Notes: generated from the letters alone by a model not told the origin. A stretch of DNA of 64,000 nucleotides from Deltaproteobacteria bacterium CG11_big_fil_rev_8_21_14_0_20_45_16 (GCA_002787535.1 PCXB01000050.1:77836-141835); one strand, 5' to 3'; counted from the stretch's first letter, positions 20,535 to 29,376 are shown. Made by a program: numbers and translations.

Positions 20535-21336
20535 TAAGCTCCCGTATAATGCTTGTCGTTGTTAAGGAATGAAGTGCAGCACCGTAGTGTCCCACGTGAG
20601 CGACTTGCACGAAACGTCCATTGCCCCACACGCTAGGCGGATAGCAAATCAAATCCCTCTCTCCGACAATGAGGAGATCGGGTTCTTTGTGATTGTGTTC
20701 GTTGTCCTCGTAGGCGAGACGAGTTCGTTCGCTATTTAAAAGTCGATGCACGGCACTGAGTTCGTTTGGTGCTGAGATAGCAATCCATTTGTCACAATAA
20801 GTCTTTAAGTTCGAACGATTCAGCAAGCGGGCGACGATCGGACGACTCGTGCCAAAACTAATAATTCGAAAGCGAGGGGACTTTGTGTCACTCATGACTT
20901 TTTCAACATAGGCCGCTAATTGATCCTCTAAAAGTTCAGGAGTTTGGAGATAACTTTTCCAACGCAAGGGCCAAAGACTATTCCAAAAATTTCTTTTCAA
21001 TCGCCAAAAGAGAAAATGAAAAATCTCTGGGCCATGATGCAATGAGGGTATGAAAATGATGGGAATTTGCTGCGGGTCCACTTTTGAATCGAGTAGAGGG
21101 GGAGCCTCATAAAATCGTCTAATTCTTTTCAAATGAAAGCCAAAAATACTAATTAACCCGCCCCATTCGATCGCTGCTGCCGATAGGATGTCCGGAAGTT
21201 CTAGCTTTTGGTTAAGGTGGTTTTGGGCCCAGCTCCATGCCAGATTGACGTGGAAAATGAACAAGATAAGTAGGCCAAGCATTCCAATCACGAAGGCCAA
21301 TTCAACAATGCTTATGAGGCTATCCATATTCTGCAA
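20521..21336 (-). CDS. Membrane-anchored alpha/beta-hydrolase (lipase-like) protein, probably catalytically degenerate
   Basis: N-terminal hydrophobic helices; fold-like segments PIIFIP, IISFGTSRP, WIAISAP, GERDLI and VGHYG; no canonical GHSxG. Confidence 0.55.
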   Translation of the reverse strand: MQNMDSLISIVELAFVIGMLGLLILFIFHVNLAWSWAQNHLNQKLELPDILSAAAIEWGGLISIFGFHLKRIRRFYEAPPLLDSKVDPQQIPIIFIPSLHHGPEIFHFLFWRLKRNFWNSLWPLRWKSYLQTPELLEDQLAAYVEKVMSDTKSPRFRIISFGTSRPIVARLLNRSNLKTYCDKWIAISAPNELSAVHRLLNSERTRLAYEDNEHNHKEPDLLIVGERDLICYPPSVWGNGRFVQVAHVGHYGAALHSLTTTSIIRELSESA

Positions 21337-21422
21337 GTAGAATATTCGGGAGGGGTTCTGGAGCCAAGATTTTTCCGATAAACTATTGGAAGCTTAGGTG
21401 TTTAATATAAGGGGGGGGCCTC

Positions 21423-23156
21423 GTGTCAGAGGGGCAAGCAGAAAATCCAGCCGTTACTAGCGCGCCAGTGGGTGCTCAAAAGAGCTCCGTCGAGATTTTT
21501 TTGAATTCACTCGAGAAGTGTATTCGATCGGCTCGCGTTTATCGATATGAATCCGGTCAAAAAATGATGGAGAATATTTACGAGAATGTGATTCAAGCTA
21601 TCGATCGGGCATTTTTTGAAGAGGAAGTCATCGACGTTCACGTCAAACCCTACCAGATGATGTTTCAGGGAAGGGTGGTATACGAAAATAAGGAAAAGAA
21701 GAGCTCCCTAAGTTGGCTGTTGTACGAGCATGGCGTCCGGATGCTTTCATTTAAGCGCGGGATGGCGCGAGACGAGCTTATCGGCATCATAGGCATGCTC
21801 GCCACGGACTTTAATGTACCTGAAATGATGGATCATGATTTGTATTGTGTTTTCATTGAAAACCGCTTGGATCACTTTGAAGTCATTGGATTCGACAAGA
21901 TTGGCGAGCTTCAGAAAGAGAGCCCGGATCTCAAAGAAGAGTTGGGACGCTTTCGAAAGCTAATTGGCAATCGGAGTGCTCCTAGAGAGGCGCCCCAGAC
22001 TCGAAAGCTACGGCAAGACGATCTGAAGGTGATCGAAGAATTTCAACTGAGTCCTGCGCAGTTTGCAAAGCCCGATGAGGAAGTAAATAAGATCGTTCAA
22101 TCCATTACCGCAGGGCAACTGGGGACGAAGCGCGAAAAGGAGACCCTTGAGCGATTAGCCTTGATGGGCTTTCATTTTTTGCTTCAGGAACGAGATGTGG
22201 ACCAAAATCAAGTCGGACGTGATCTTGTCAGCCAGGTTGCGATTATGATGCTCGAGGAGGAATATATTCCTCTCTTCGGAGCCTTGGTCAAAAAGATTCA
22301 GCAGCTTCATCGCGATATGCCGAACCAGCGAGGAGAGTATCAAAAAATACTCGACGCGATTTTCAGTGTGGATCGTGAATCTTTGATTCGACGACTTTTT
22401 GAGAAAAAGGATCATCAAACGAAGTTGGCGGAGATTCTCCTCTCAGCACCACCTAGCGCCGTTTCCTTGATTGTCTTACTTTTGGATGCGCAGTCTTGGT
22501 GTCCAAAAGTATTTTCTGAATTTATCCTGAAGCATTTGCCCAGCCATTCCAAATGGCTCTTTGATACCGTCGAGCTGGCGCCTGAACTAAGTTGTTGGGA
22601 AGGGCTAATCAATATTTTTGCCGCCCGACCAACACAAAAATTTGCAAAGTTTCTTACAAGCTTGATGCAGTCGGCAGGTTCCACCTTAAAAGTGAAGGTT
22701 TTGCGCCAGTGCGCTATCATAGGATCCGAGGAAGCTCTTCAAGTATTTCGGCCACTGCTAACTTCAAGCAAGTACGAGGACCGAAAGTTAGCCTACGACA
22801 TTTTACCATTGGCCAAAAACAAAGCGGCGCTCTTGATTCTAAAAGATCGTATTGACTCTAAAGAATTTCAATCGACATCGAATGATGAAAAGATGGAAGC
22901 TTATGCCTCTCTGTTGGCTTCAGCTGGAGAGGCAGCTTTGATATGGTTGGAAGCTCAATGGATGCAGCCTGGCGAAGGAATATTCAAAGGCCGACATCAA
23001 AATGAACGTCGACTTCTGCTATTGAAAGCCGTGGCAAAGACCAACCAAGATTTTATAGAAAGCCTTTTGAAGCTCACACCCTCCGACACCTTGAGTAAGG
23101 AGCTTCAGGAATTATTGGACAAAATCTCAAAACCATCGGGAGCGCCTACCTCATGA
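21423..23156 (+). CDS. HEAT-repeat-like alpha-solenoid protein
   Basis: 577 aa. C-terminal helical repeats (LKVKVLRQCAIIGSEEALQVFRPLL; DRKLAYDILPLAKNKAALLILKDRI). ATGA-coupled to the HD-GYP-like gene. Confidence 0.7.
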   Translation: MSEGQAENPAVTSAPVGAQKSSVEIFLNSLEKCIRSARVYRYESGQKMMENIYENVIQAIDRAFFEEEVIDVHVKPYQMMFQGRVVYENKEKKSSLSWLLYEHGVRMLSFKRGMARDELIGIIGMLATDFNVPEMMDHDLYCVFIENRLDHFEVIGFDKIGELQKESPDLKEELGRFRKLIGNRSAPREAPQTRKLRQDDLKVIEEFQLSPAQFAKPDEEVNKIVQSITAGQLGTKREKETLERLALMGFHFLLQERDVDQNQVGRDLVSQVAIMMLEEEYIPLFGALVKKIQQLHRDMPNQRGEYQKILDAIFSVDRESLIRRLFEKKDHQTKLAEILLSAPPSAVSLIVLLLDAQSWCPKVFSEFILKHLPSHSKWLFDTVELAPELSCWEGLINIFAARPTQKFAKFLTSLMQSAGSTLKVKVLRQCAIIGSEEALQVFRPLLTSSKYEDRKLAYDILPLAKNKAALLILKDRIDSKEFQSTSNDEKMEAYASLLASAGEAALIWLEAQWMQPGEGIFKGRHQNERRLLLLKAVAKTNQDFIESLLKLTPSDTLSKELQELLDKISKPSGAPTS

Positions 23157-24571
23157 GTGAAGCTCAGCTGGAATCTCCAAACTCTGACGAATTTGAGGTA
23201 GCCCGCAGAGATTTCATTAATGCGATTTTTGCCTTACTCAAGAATTTGGGAATTCACGATCTTCAAAATGAGGCGTTGATCCGGCCCAAGGAGAATTTCT
23301 TACATACTCTTCAGGTTCTTCAAGGCTTCGCCGAAAACGGCGTCGAGCTCAAACTCAATGAAAGTTTGCTTACTGTTTGCGGCCAAAAATTAAATAACCA
23401 TTTTTCCATAGTCGAAGCATCGAAGCAGGTGCCACGACACTTGGAACTTGCTCTCATGGAGAGTCTGATATTCGAGAAAGATGCGAATTGGCAAGACCTT
23501 GGAAATTTCTTTCAAAAATGGGCCTTACATTGCTCCGTTCATCAAAAATCGAAGGCGATAACGGGTGAATTTAGAGGTGTAAAAATTGCCTTTGTCAATC
23601 CCGAAAAAGCGAATATTCGCCTTAAATCTAAGCAGCTGTTGATGAGCCCTTCGTATGCTCTCAACCACTATTATGTTCTCAAGAATTTAATGATCGGTTA
23701 CTTCAAGTCAATTTCTTCAAACCAGCTAATCTCTCAAAGGGAAGTTCGTCGCGAGATTCTCGAAATGACAGAAATCGCTCGGGTGAATCCCTACCAATTG
23801 GTCGGCTTAAGTCTACTGCGCGGCACTGGCCAGGAAGAGGAGTTCGAGGACGTCGCTTGCGAAGCGATTTCGACGGCGCTTCTTTCCATTGTTTTGGCGA
23901 AGGAATTGGATTTTTCAACTCGCGAACAAGTGAATATTGGTGTGGTCGGCTTGATGTACAACGTCGGTCTTCTCAATCAGGAGTTGTCTAGTCTGCTAAA
24001 GTCAGACAAGCGTCTCAGTCAGGCTGAATACAAAAAAGTCATGGACGCCCAGTCCGCGGGAGTCTTCAAGCTAATTAAGACTCAGGGTTCTAGCCGTCCC
24101 GCCTTGGAACGGCTGCTCGCTTTGTTTGAAGCGACTCAGGGAAATTTTAAGAAATCTATTTCCCTTACCCTGGACAGTCGTTTGCTTCGAATGGTCTCTC
24201 AGTATGTCGCTCTTACGAGTCACCGTCCTTTTCGAGACGCTTATCATCCAGCCGAGGCCATGAAGATTCTTGGAAACCGAGCAACCAGTCGAAACGAAGG
24301 AAATCTCGATCCCGTTCTCTATTATTTATTTGTACGCTATTTAGGTGTTTATCCCGTAGGAAGTTTGGTGCTTTTATCAAATGGCAAGAAGGCTGTCGTT
24401 TTCAGGCCAAGTGGTGAAAAAGTTGGCGTTCCTATGCTTAAACTTGTCGTAGAGAATTCAGACGAGAACTCAATTCTAATTGATCTCAGCCAAGAGACAG
24501 GGATTTCTATCGTCAAATCTCTTGATCCACGCCGTGAAGGCGTGCAAGTAAGCGGCTATTTCTTTGACTAA
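23153..24571 (+). CDS. Degenerate HD-GYP-domain protein
   Basis: GLMYNVG in place of xLLHDIG; YVALTSHRPFRDA (cf. YDAMTSxRPYR); LDP; C-terminal GVYPVGSLVLLSNGKKAVV. Confidence 0.8.
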   Translation: MSEAQLESPNSDEFEVARRDFINAIFALLKNLGIHDLQNEALIRPKENFLHTLQVLQGFAENGVELKLNESLLTVCGQKLNNHFSIVEASKQVPRHLELALMESLIFEKDANWQDLGNFFQKWALHCSVHQKSKAITGEFRGVKIAFVNPEKANIRLKSKQLLMSPSYALNHYYVLKNLMIGYFKSISSNQLISQREVRREILEMTEIARVNPYQLVGLSLLRGTGQEEEFEDVACEAISTALLSIVLAKELDFSTREQVNIGVVGLMYNVGLLNQELSSLLKSDKRLSQAEYKKVMDAQSAGVFKLIKTQGSSRPALERLLALFEATQGNFKKSISLTLDSRLLRMVSQYVALTSHRPFRDAYHPAEAMKILGNRATSRNEGNLDPVLYYLFVRYLGVYPVGSLVLLSNGKKAVVFRPSGEKVGVPMLKLVVENSDENSILIDLSQETGISIVKSLDPRREGVQVSGYFFD

Positions 24572-25114
24572 CTATCCCTTAACCTTTTCTTGAGACTCAG
24601 ATCGCAAAGGCGAAGCCTTTGGTATGCCGGGAGGGAAGGATTGCCGATAGGTAGCGCCAAGCTTGAAGATCAATTTTCGATTAACTTTCAAATGGTCGAT
24701 GGATCCACAATTAAGGCTTAGGAGATCTGAAAGCACGCTTCCTCGAATCCCACAAAGTGTCTGGGAATTTAAGTGGGAAGAATTCCATAAAAGAGATCCC
24801 GGAACAGCAATCGTGGTAGCTTGATCCAAGGTATCACTACTTGCGACAGCTTCTAGCTCGTAAACATCTTGATCACGGAGGCGCAGAAGTTTCTTGGAAG
24901 CTAACGCAAACACACTAACTCGATCGCCGAATCGCTTGATAATTTTGACTTCTTCGCATTGTTGATAGAGACCAAGCTTTTCTCGTGATTGACAGCTGAC
25001 CCACTTTTGAGCTTCGTCAGCTTTCAAAATTGAAACATTCAGAAATGATAGGGCAAAACCAATCGCAACGAAGGCGAAATTTGCTTGAACTATCCTAGTT
25101 ATCCCCATGTTCAT
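24572..25114 (-). CDS. Hypothetical secreted protein
   Basis: N-terminal hydrophobic signal ending ILKA-D; four cysteines; beta-rich sequence; sigma54 motif upstream. Confidence 0.7.
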   Translation of the reverse strand: MNMGITRIVQANFAFVAIGFALSFLNVSILKADEAQKWVSCQSREKLGLYQQCEEVKIIKRFGDRVSVFALASKKLLRLRDQDVYELEAVASSDTLDQATTIAVPGSLLWNSSHLNSQTLCGIRGSVLSDLLSLNCGSIDHLKVNRKLIFKLGATYRQSFPPGIPKASPLRSESQEKVKG

Positions 25115-25127
25115 TTATATGTTTAAA

Positions 25128-25143
25128 AGCAATTCAAATGCCA
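25128..25143 (-). promoter_or_regulatory. Sigma54 (-24/-12) promoter
   Basis: The minus strand reads TGGCATTTGAATTGCT, with exact GG-N10-GC spacing and a close match to TGGCAC-N5-TTGCW. Confidence 0.75.
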
Positions 25144-25250
25144 AAAAAACATAGGCAATATCAAGCCCTAAGGCGCTCTAGTTGGGATAAAGGGGCCGCA
25201 TTGCCCTGTGAAGGCCGTGTCCAGTCTGAAAATATTGCGAGTCGGCAGCT

Positions 25251-25628
25251 TTAGCCTATTTCTGCTCTGGCTTGAAGAACTTCCGTCCCATCAGCCTTCA
25301 ACAAATTCCAGGTAATTAGTTTGTGGCCAGTAGGAAGTTCAGTTTCGGAGATGAATTCAGCCCGAAGGGTCTCACCCGGAAAAACTTTCTCTTTAAACTT
25401 CGATTCAAATTTGAGCAAAGTGTTGGGAGAAATCTTCCATTTCTCTAAAGCTGAGGCGGCTAAGCCCATGCTTAGCATACCATGGGCAATGACATTGGGG
25501 AGTCCAGCCGCTCGAGCAAAATCTGGATCGAGGTGAATCTTGTTGTGATCGCCAGAGGCGTCGGCATAGTCCAAAATTTGCTCTTTTGTTATGGGATCAA
25601 GATCGAAACTCGGAAATTTCTCGTTCAT
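25251..25628 (-). CDS. MaoC/HadB-like hot-dog dehydratase (catalytic subunit)
   Basis: Hydratase-2 motif YADASGDHNKIH, IAHGML and VFPGETL. Confidence 0.9.
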   Translation of the reverse strand: MNEKFPSFDLDPITKEQILDYADASGDHNKIHLDPDFARAAGLPNVIAHGMLSMGLAASALEKWKISPNTLLKFESKFKEKVFPGETLRAEFISETELPTGHKLITWNLLKADGTEVLQARAEIG

Positions 25629-26026
25629 TCCGCACCACCTGTCTCTGCGATCAAAATAGTTGAATGCGATCGAAGAAGTAGATTGTTCGAAGAAACCTCG
25701 TAAATGTTAGTTGTGAAATTCAGCCAATGGCTTGTTGCCCGCTTTCGATAGCGTTCCAAGATGGCTTGACTTCGTACCTGGCAGGGAAGATGCAAACTGT
25801 CCAAATATTCAAAATCTTGCTGGACATGCAAGAGTTTCATCCAGTCCACTTCTAGACGATTAAGAAGCTCAAACATGCAAGTCAGGGCGCGAACTCCCAG
25901 CGTTGGTGGGATCTGTCGTGAGCTTGTTCGGAAGGACTTTTGAAATCCATCGACAAGCTTTTGGTTAATTTCAAATTCAAAAACGGATGAATAAAGGGGG
26001 AGCTGTTCGATGGAAATTTCGAGCAT
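25625..26026 (-). CDS. HadA-like / MaoC_dehydrat_N hot-dog protein (non-catalytic partner)
   Basis: IPPTL and LLHVQQDFEY (cf. LLHGEQEFEY); ATGA overlap with the MaoC gene; start moved to ATG 26026. Confidence 0.7.
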   Translation of the reverse strand: MLEISIEQLPLYSSVFEFEINQKLVDGFQKSFRTSSRQIPPTLGVRALTCMFELLNRLEVDWMKLLHVQQDFEYLDSLHLPCQVRSQAILERYRKRATSHWLNFTTNIYEVSSNNLLLRSHSTILIAETGGAE

Positions 26027-26028
26027 GA

Positions 26029-26937
26029 TCAGGAATCGATTAGGCAATAAGAGCGATTCCGTCCAGCTTTCTTTGCCTTATATAAGAAGGCATCAGCGCT
26101 CTTAATCAATTCGCCCGGAGTCTTATGATTCTCTTGAGTGAAAGTCGCCGCGCCGAGAGAGATCGTGACAGGAATCTTTTTGCCTTCATAAATAAAAGAA
26201 TGACTTTCAATCAATACGCGCAGTCTTTCCGAAAAGGTTCTGGCACCAAGAAGAGGCGTTTCTCTTAATAAAAAGACCATTTCTTCCCCACCATATCGTC
26301 CACCAACATCCCCCCGACGCAATACATTCAAGAGTATTCTGCCGATTTCCTTGAGAACAAAATCTCCGGCAAGATGTCCGTATATGTCGTTAACTTTTTT
26401 GAAGTGATCAATATCGCTCATCACAATCGAGAGAGGTTTATTGGTACGTCGATGAAAATTAAACTCAACGTCCAAGTGTTCCAGAAAATATCGTTTCGAA
26501 AAAAGTCCCGTCAGAGAATCCTTTGTCGCGGATTCATAAAGTTCCTTCTGAAAAGCTACTTCTTGTTCATCTTGTAGAACAAACTTAAGGACGGTCGCGG
26601 ATCCTAACTGGAGACGGTCACCGTTCGCCAATTTTGATTCTGTTACTCGTTCTCCGTTTAAAAAGGTTCCGTTAGAACTCTTTAAGTCTTCAGCCTTCCA
26701 TTCGTCGTTACCCAGAAAGTGAAGTCGACAATGATTTCGACTGACGCTTGATTCTTGCAATACGATATCGGCGTCGGTGGATCGACCTAATTCCCAGTGA
26801 TCTCTCGCTTCAAGATTAATGGTTTGACCGGCCGTTGGTCCCGTCATGACGATTAGGACGGCGTGCTTGGTTTTCTGTCCAAAGTTGTCCTCTTTAAGAG
26901 GTGCGATGGTTGTCGTCTGATCATGATCGTCTTGCAC
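26029..26937 (-). CDS. FHA-GGDEF diguanylate cyclase (DgcB-like architecture)
   Basis: FHA motifs LGRS, VSRNH and DLKSSNGTFLNG; GGDEF motifs DSLTGL, DIDHFKKVNDIYGH, I-site RRGD, GGEEM and AKKAGRNR. Confidence 0.92.
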   Translation of the reverse strand: MQDDHDQTTTIAPLKEDNFGQKTKHAVLIVMTGPTAGQTINLEARDHWELGRSTDADIVLQESSVSRNHCRLHFLGNDEWKAEDLKSSNGTFLNGERVTESKLANGDRLQLGSATVLKFVLQDEQEVAFQKELYESATKDSLTGLFSKRYFLEHLDVEFNFHRRTNKPLSIVMSDIDHFKKVNDIYGHLAGDFVLKEIGRILLNVLRRGDVGGRYGGEEMVFLLRETPLLGARTFSERLRVLIESHSFIYEGKKIPVTISLGAATFTQENHKTPGELIKSADAFLYKAKKAGRNRSYCLIDS

Positions 26938-26989
26938 TCCTTCTTATTTTAGCGAAGCTCAAATTATAGTCACAAGCAAATAAGGTCTT

Positions 26990-28651
26990 TTAACGCACTC
27001 GAGTGATAAAAATACTGTAGGGACTGTCCTTCGAACTAAACTCAAGAATGGCGTCTTTTTTATCGTGAGGGATAATAAGCCGCATCACTGCAAAGGCTTC
27101 GGGACGCAGCAGCATTTTGTTAGAACGTCTGACAAGGGACAAATCGATCATTAGAGGGTGAATATCTCCAGCTTTGATCTCGATCACCTCTTCCGTTCTA
27201 TCAAAAAACTTCAAACCCTTGACCTGCTCCTCGGTAATATTCTGCGCTGGAATTAAAGTATTTTGTCTTCCTGAGTCAAAAAGCGTCGAACTCAAGCTTG
27301 TGAAAAAATGCTCTAGAAACTGATTTTTGTTTTGCTCAAAAGTTTTAGCAATATTGTCTAATCCTGTTTCGGGACTGGCTATCCACTTTTTAAATAAGTT
27401 CCTTGTGAGGGGATCATTTTTGTCCAGTGTAGCTCCCGCGCGGGCCAAGGCGTGTTGAATCAACAGGGTCGCAAAGCCTCGAGTCTTAATATTGTGAAGC
27501 GGTAAACCGCCAGCTGCTTCCAGAGACAGGGAAGTCTCGCTTGGTGATTTCAAAAATCGAGTCATATGCGAATTGACATAGGGAGCTCCCTGAACGAGCT
27601 CTTCAATATTGTGCGAAAATCCCTCATCCAGTGAGGCTTGTTCTGGCATTAGTTGATATTTTTGAACCGATTCAAAGTCGCCGCGCTCCGGCTCTGGAAT
27701 TTGTTGCATGACTTTATAAAGGTAGCTGATGAGATGCTGAATTTCGTGGCTGGTCGTCGCACAGAGCTTCCAATCACTAATGTCAGGGGAGAGGCGGATG
27801 CTTTCTCGAAAATTAGCATCGGGCATTAAACGACCTTTATAGCTTTCAAAAAGATCCAAAAAATTAAAGGAGCCAATTGCCATGCCGTTGTCGCTCTGGA
27901 TGGGTGAAATAAGTAGTGCGATTTCCGATTCCTTACCAATTTGTATGGGTCGTCCTAGCCAGTCGATGGTTTCAGATACAGCTTGGTCGAGACAGCCAAG
28001 CTTCGACTGAAATTCGGAAGCTTGGGTCGGATTTACGGACTTGTCCATAAATGCGGCATAATGACCTTTTGAGGCGTGAATTTCTTCGAACTCCGCTTTT
28101 TCTCCGCGGGATGACGGGTCATCCGAGTTTCTTAAATAAAAGTAGTGCTGTGCGGGGGCGGGTGGCTGTGGGGTTTTGCTAGTATCCCCATCTATCGAAC
28201 TTTGGCCGGCGTTCGAGTCATGGTTCAATTGAAATCGAATGGAGGTCGGAACGTGGGCACCCCATTCTTCAACTTCGCTATCATCTGCTTCATTGCCTTG
28301 CGGAAGTTTTCCGATGATTTTTCCTTTCAATCTCTCTTCTTCGGCAGGGATCGACTTTGAGCTAAACGAGCTGGAAATGGAGAATTCGGATCTTTGAAAA
28401 TAGTCATTTTCTCGGAACTCTGATTGATTCCAAAGGACAATCACATACTCCTGATCTTCTTTTGAGTCCGACAGGTCCCATACAAAATTACCACCCTCTT
28501 TGTTTGCCGAGCAGCCGGTAAAATTTGAACTGAGTTTACAATCAATGGAACGACGAGCTTTAGGAGATTCTGACCCACAGCTTATTAAATTGAGGGCAAC
28601 AAGGCCGATCACGCCGATCCCGAGGTTCTTATTTAAGCGCGGGTAAAACAT
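26990..28651 (-). CDS. Lipoprotein zinc metallopeptidase (gluzincin, M30-like)
   Basis: Lipobox LISC; zinc motif HEIQH; downstream LDEGFS (cf. LNEGLS, third ligand). Confidence 0.7.
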   Translation of the reverse strand: MFYPRLNKNLGIGVIGLVALNLISCGSESPKARRSIDCKLSSNFTGCSANKEGGNFVWDLSDSKEDQEYVIVLWNQSEFRENDYFQRSEFSISSSFSSKSIPAEEERLKGKIIGKLPQGNEADDSEVEEWGAHVPTSIRFQLNHDSNAGQSSIDGDTSKTPQPPAPAQHYFYLRNSDDPSSRGEKAEFEEIHASKGHYAAFMDKSVNPTQASEFQSKLGCLDQAVSETIDWLGRPIQIGKESEIALLISPIQSDNGMAIGSFNFLDLFESYKGRLMPDANFRESIRLSPDISDWKLCATTSHEIQHLISYLYKVMQQIPEPERGDFESVQKYQLMPEQASLDEGFSHNIEELVQGAPYVNSHMTRFLKSPSETSLSLEAAGGLPLHNIKTRGFATLLIQHALARAGATLDKNDPLTRNLFKKWIASPETGLDNIAKTFEQNKNQFLEHFFTSLSSTLFDSGRQNTLIPAQNITEEQVKGLKFFDRTEEVIEIKAGDIHPLMIDLSLVRRSNKMLLRPEAFAVMRLIIPHDKKDAILEFSSKDSPYSIFITRVR

Positions 28652-28777
28652 AGCTTTAGACTTGATAATTTGCCCCCTTGGGCCATCAAGCTCCTCTTTG
28701 TACTAGATTTCATGTCTTTGAACAGGGGGGCATAAAACATAGTGATTTCGGCTGCAAATAGGCTATCTTTAGGCTTT

Positions 28778-29266
28778 ATGGCCCATTCTGGCATCCCTGA
28801 TTTTCTAAATGGTCTTGAGCTCAAAAGTCTTCGAGAGCTTCATTTGGAGGCGATTTATGAGATTGAAAAGCAGGTCTATGAGGAACCATGGAGTAAGGAA
28901 TTGCTCGGCGAGAGTTTGAAGGCTCCGATGACCTATTCTCTGGCGTTGTTTCGCTCAAAGGACGTGGTCGCTTATGCTATTTATCAGGTTGTATTTAGCG
29001 AAGGTCATTTGTTGAACCTTGCCGTGCATTCAGATTTTCAAAACCAAGGAGTGGGCTCCAAACTTTTAGATTGCCTATTAGAAGATAGTCAGAGGCGTGG
29101 GGCCTTAAATTTCTTCCTTGAGGTGAGACCAAGCAATCAAATTGCGCGAAAGCTTTATGAGCATCGAGGCTTTAGGCCCTTAATGATTCGAGAACGTTAC
29201 TATGCCAATGGCGAGGCGGCTCTTATTATGGTTTTGGATTTCATTGCCGATTCCTCTGCAGAATAA
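28778..29266 (+). CDS. rimI: Ribosomal-protein-alanine N-acetyltransferase RimI
   Basis: IEKQVYEEPWS, HLLNLAV, QNQGVG, LEVRPSN, LYEHRGF and RERYYANGEAALIM. Confidence 0.92.
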   Translation: MAHSGIPDFLNGLELKSLRELHLEAIYEIEKQVYEEPWSKELLGESLKAPMTYSLALFRSKDVVAYAIYQVVFSEGHLLNLAVHSDFQNQGVGSKLLDCLLEDSQRRGALNFFLEVRPSNQIARKLYEHRGFRPLMIRERYYANGEAALIMVLDFIADSSAE

Positions 29267-29305
29267 GGGCTGGACAATTGCCTGTGAAAGCACCTATTTA
29301 TGTGT

Positions 29306-29376
29306 CCAAGACTGGGTTTAAAAGCCAGGTTTAAGACTTGCCAAGTCTTCCTGAGTTTATGTAAACCATGTCTAGG
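29306..29376 (+). promoter_or_regulatory. Extended imperfect hairpin in the nusA operon leader
   Basis: Nested pairings CC/GG, AGAC/GTCT, TGG/CCA, TTTA/TAAA, CAGG/CCTG and AAGACTT/AAGTCTT around a GCC loop; weak promoter TGGACA-N18-TATTTA just upstream. Confidence 0.5.

Noticed and set aside
21355-21381. Sigma28 promoter before the HEAT-repeat gene (TCCGATAA)
   Set aside because: Good -10 match, but the -35 position reads GTTCTGGA with no resemblance to consensus.
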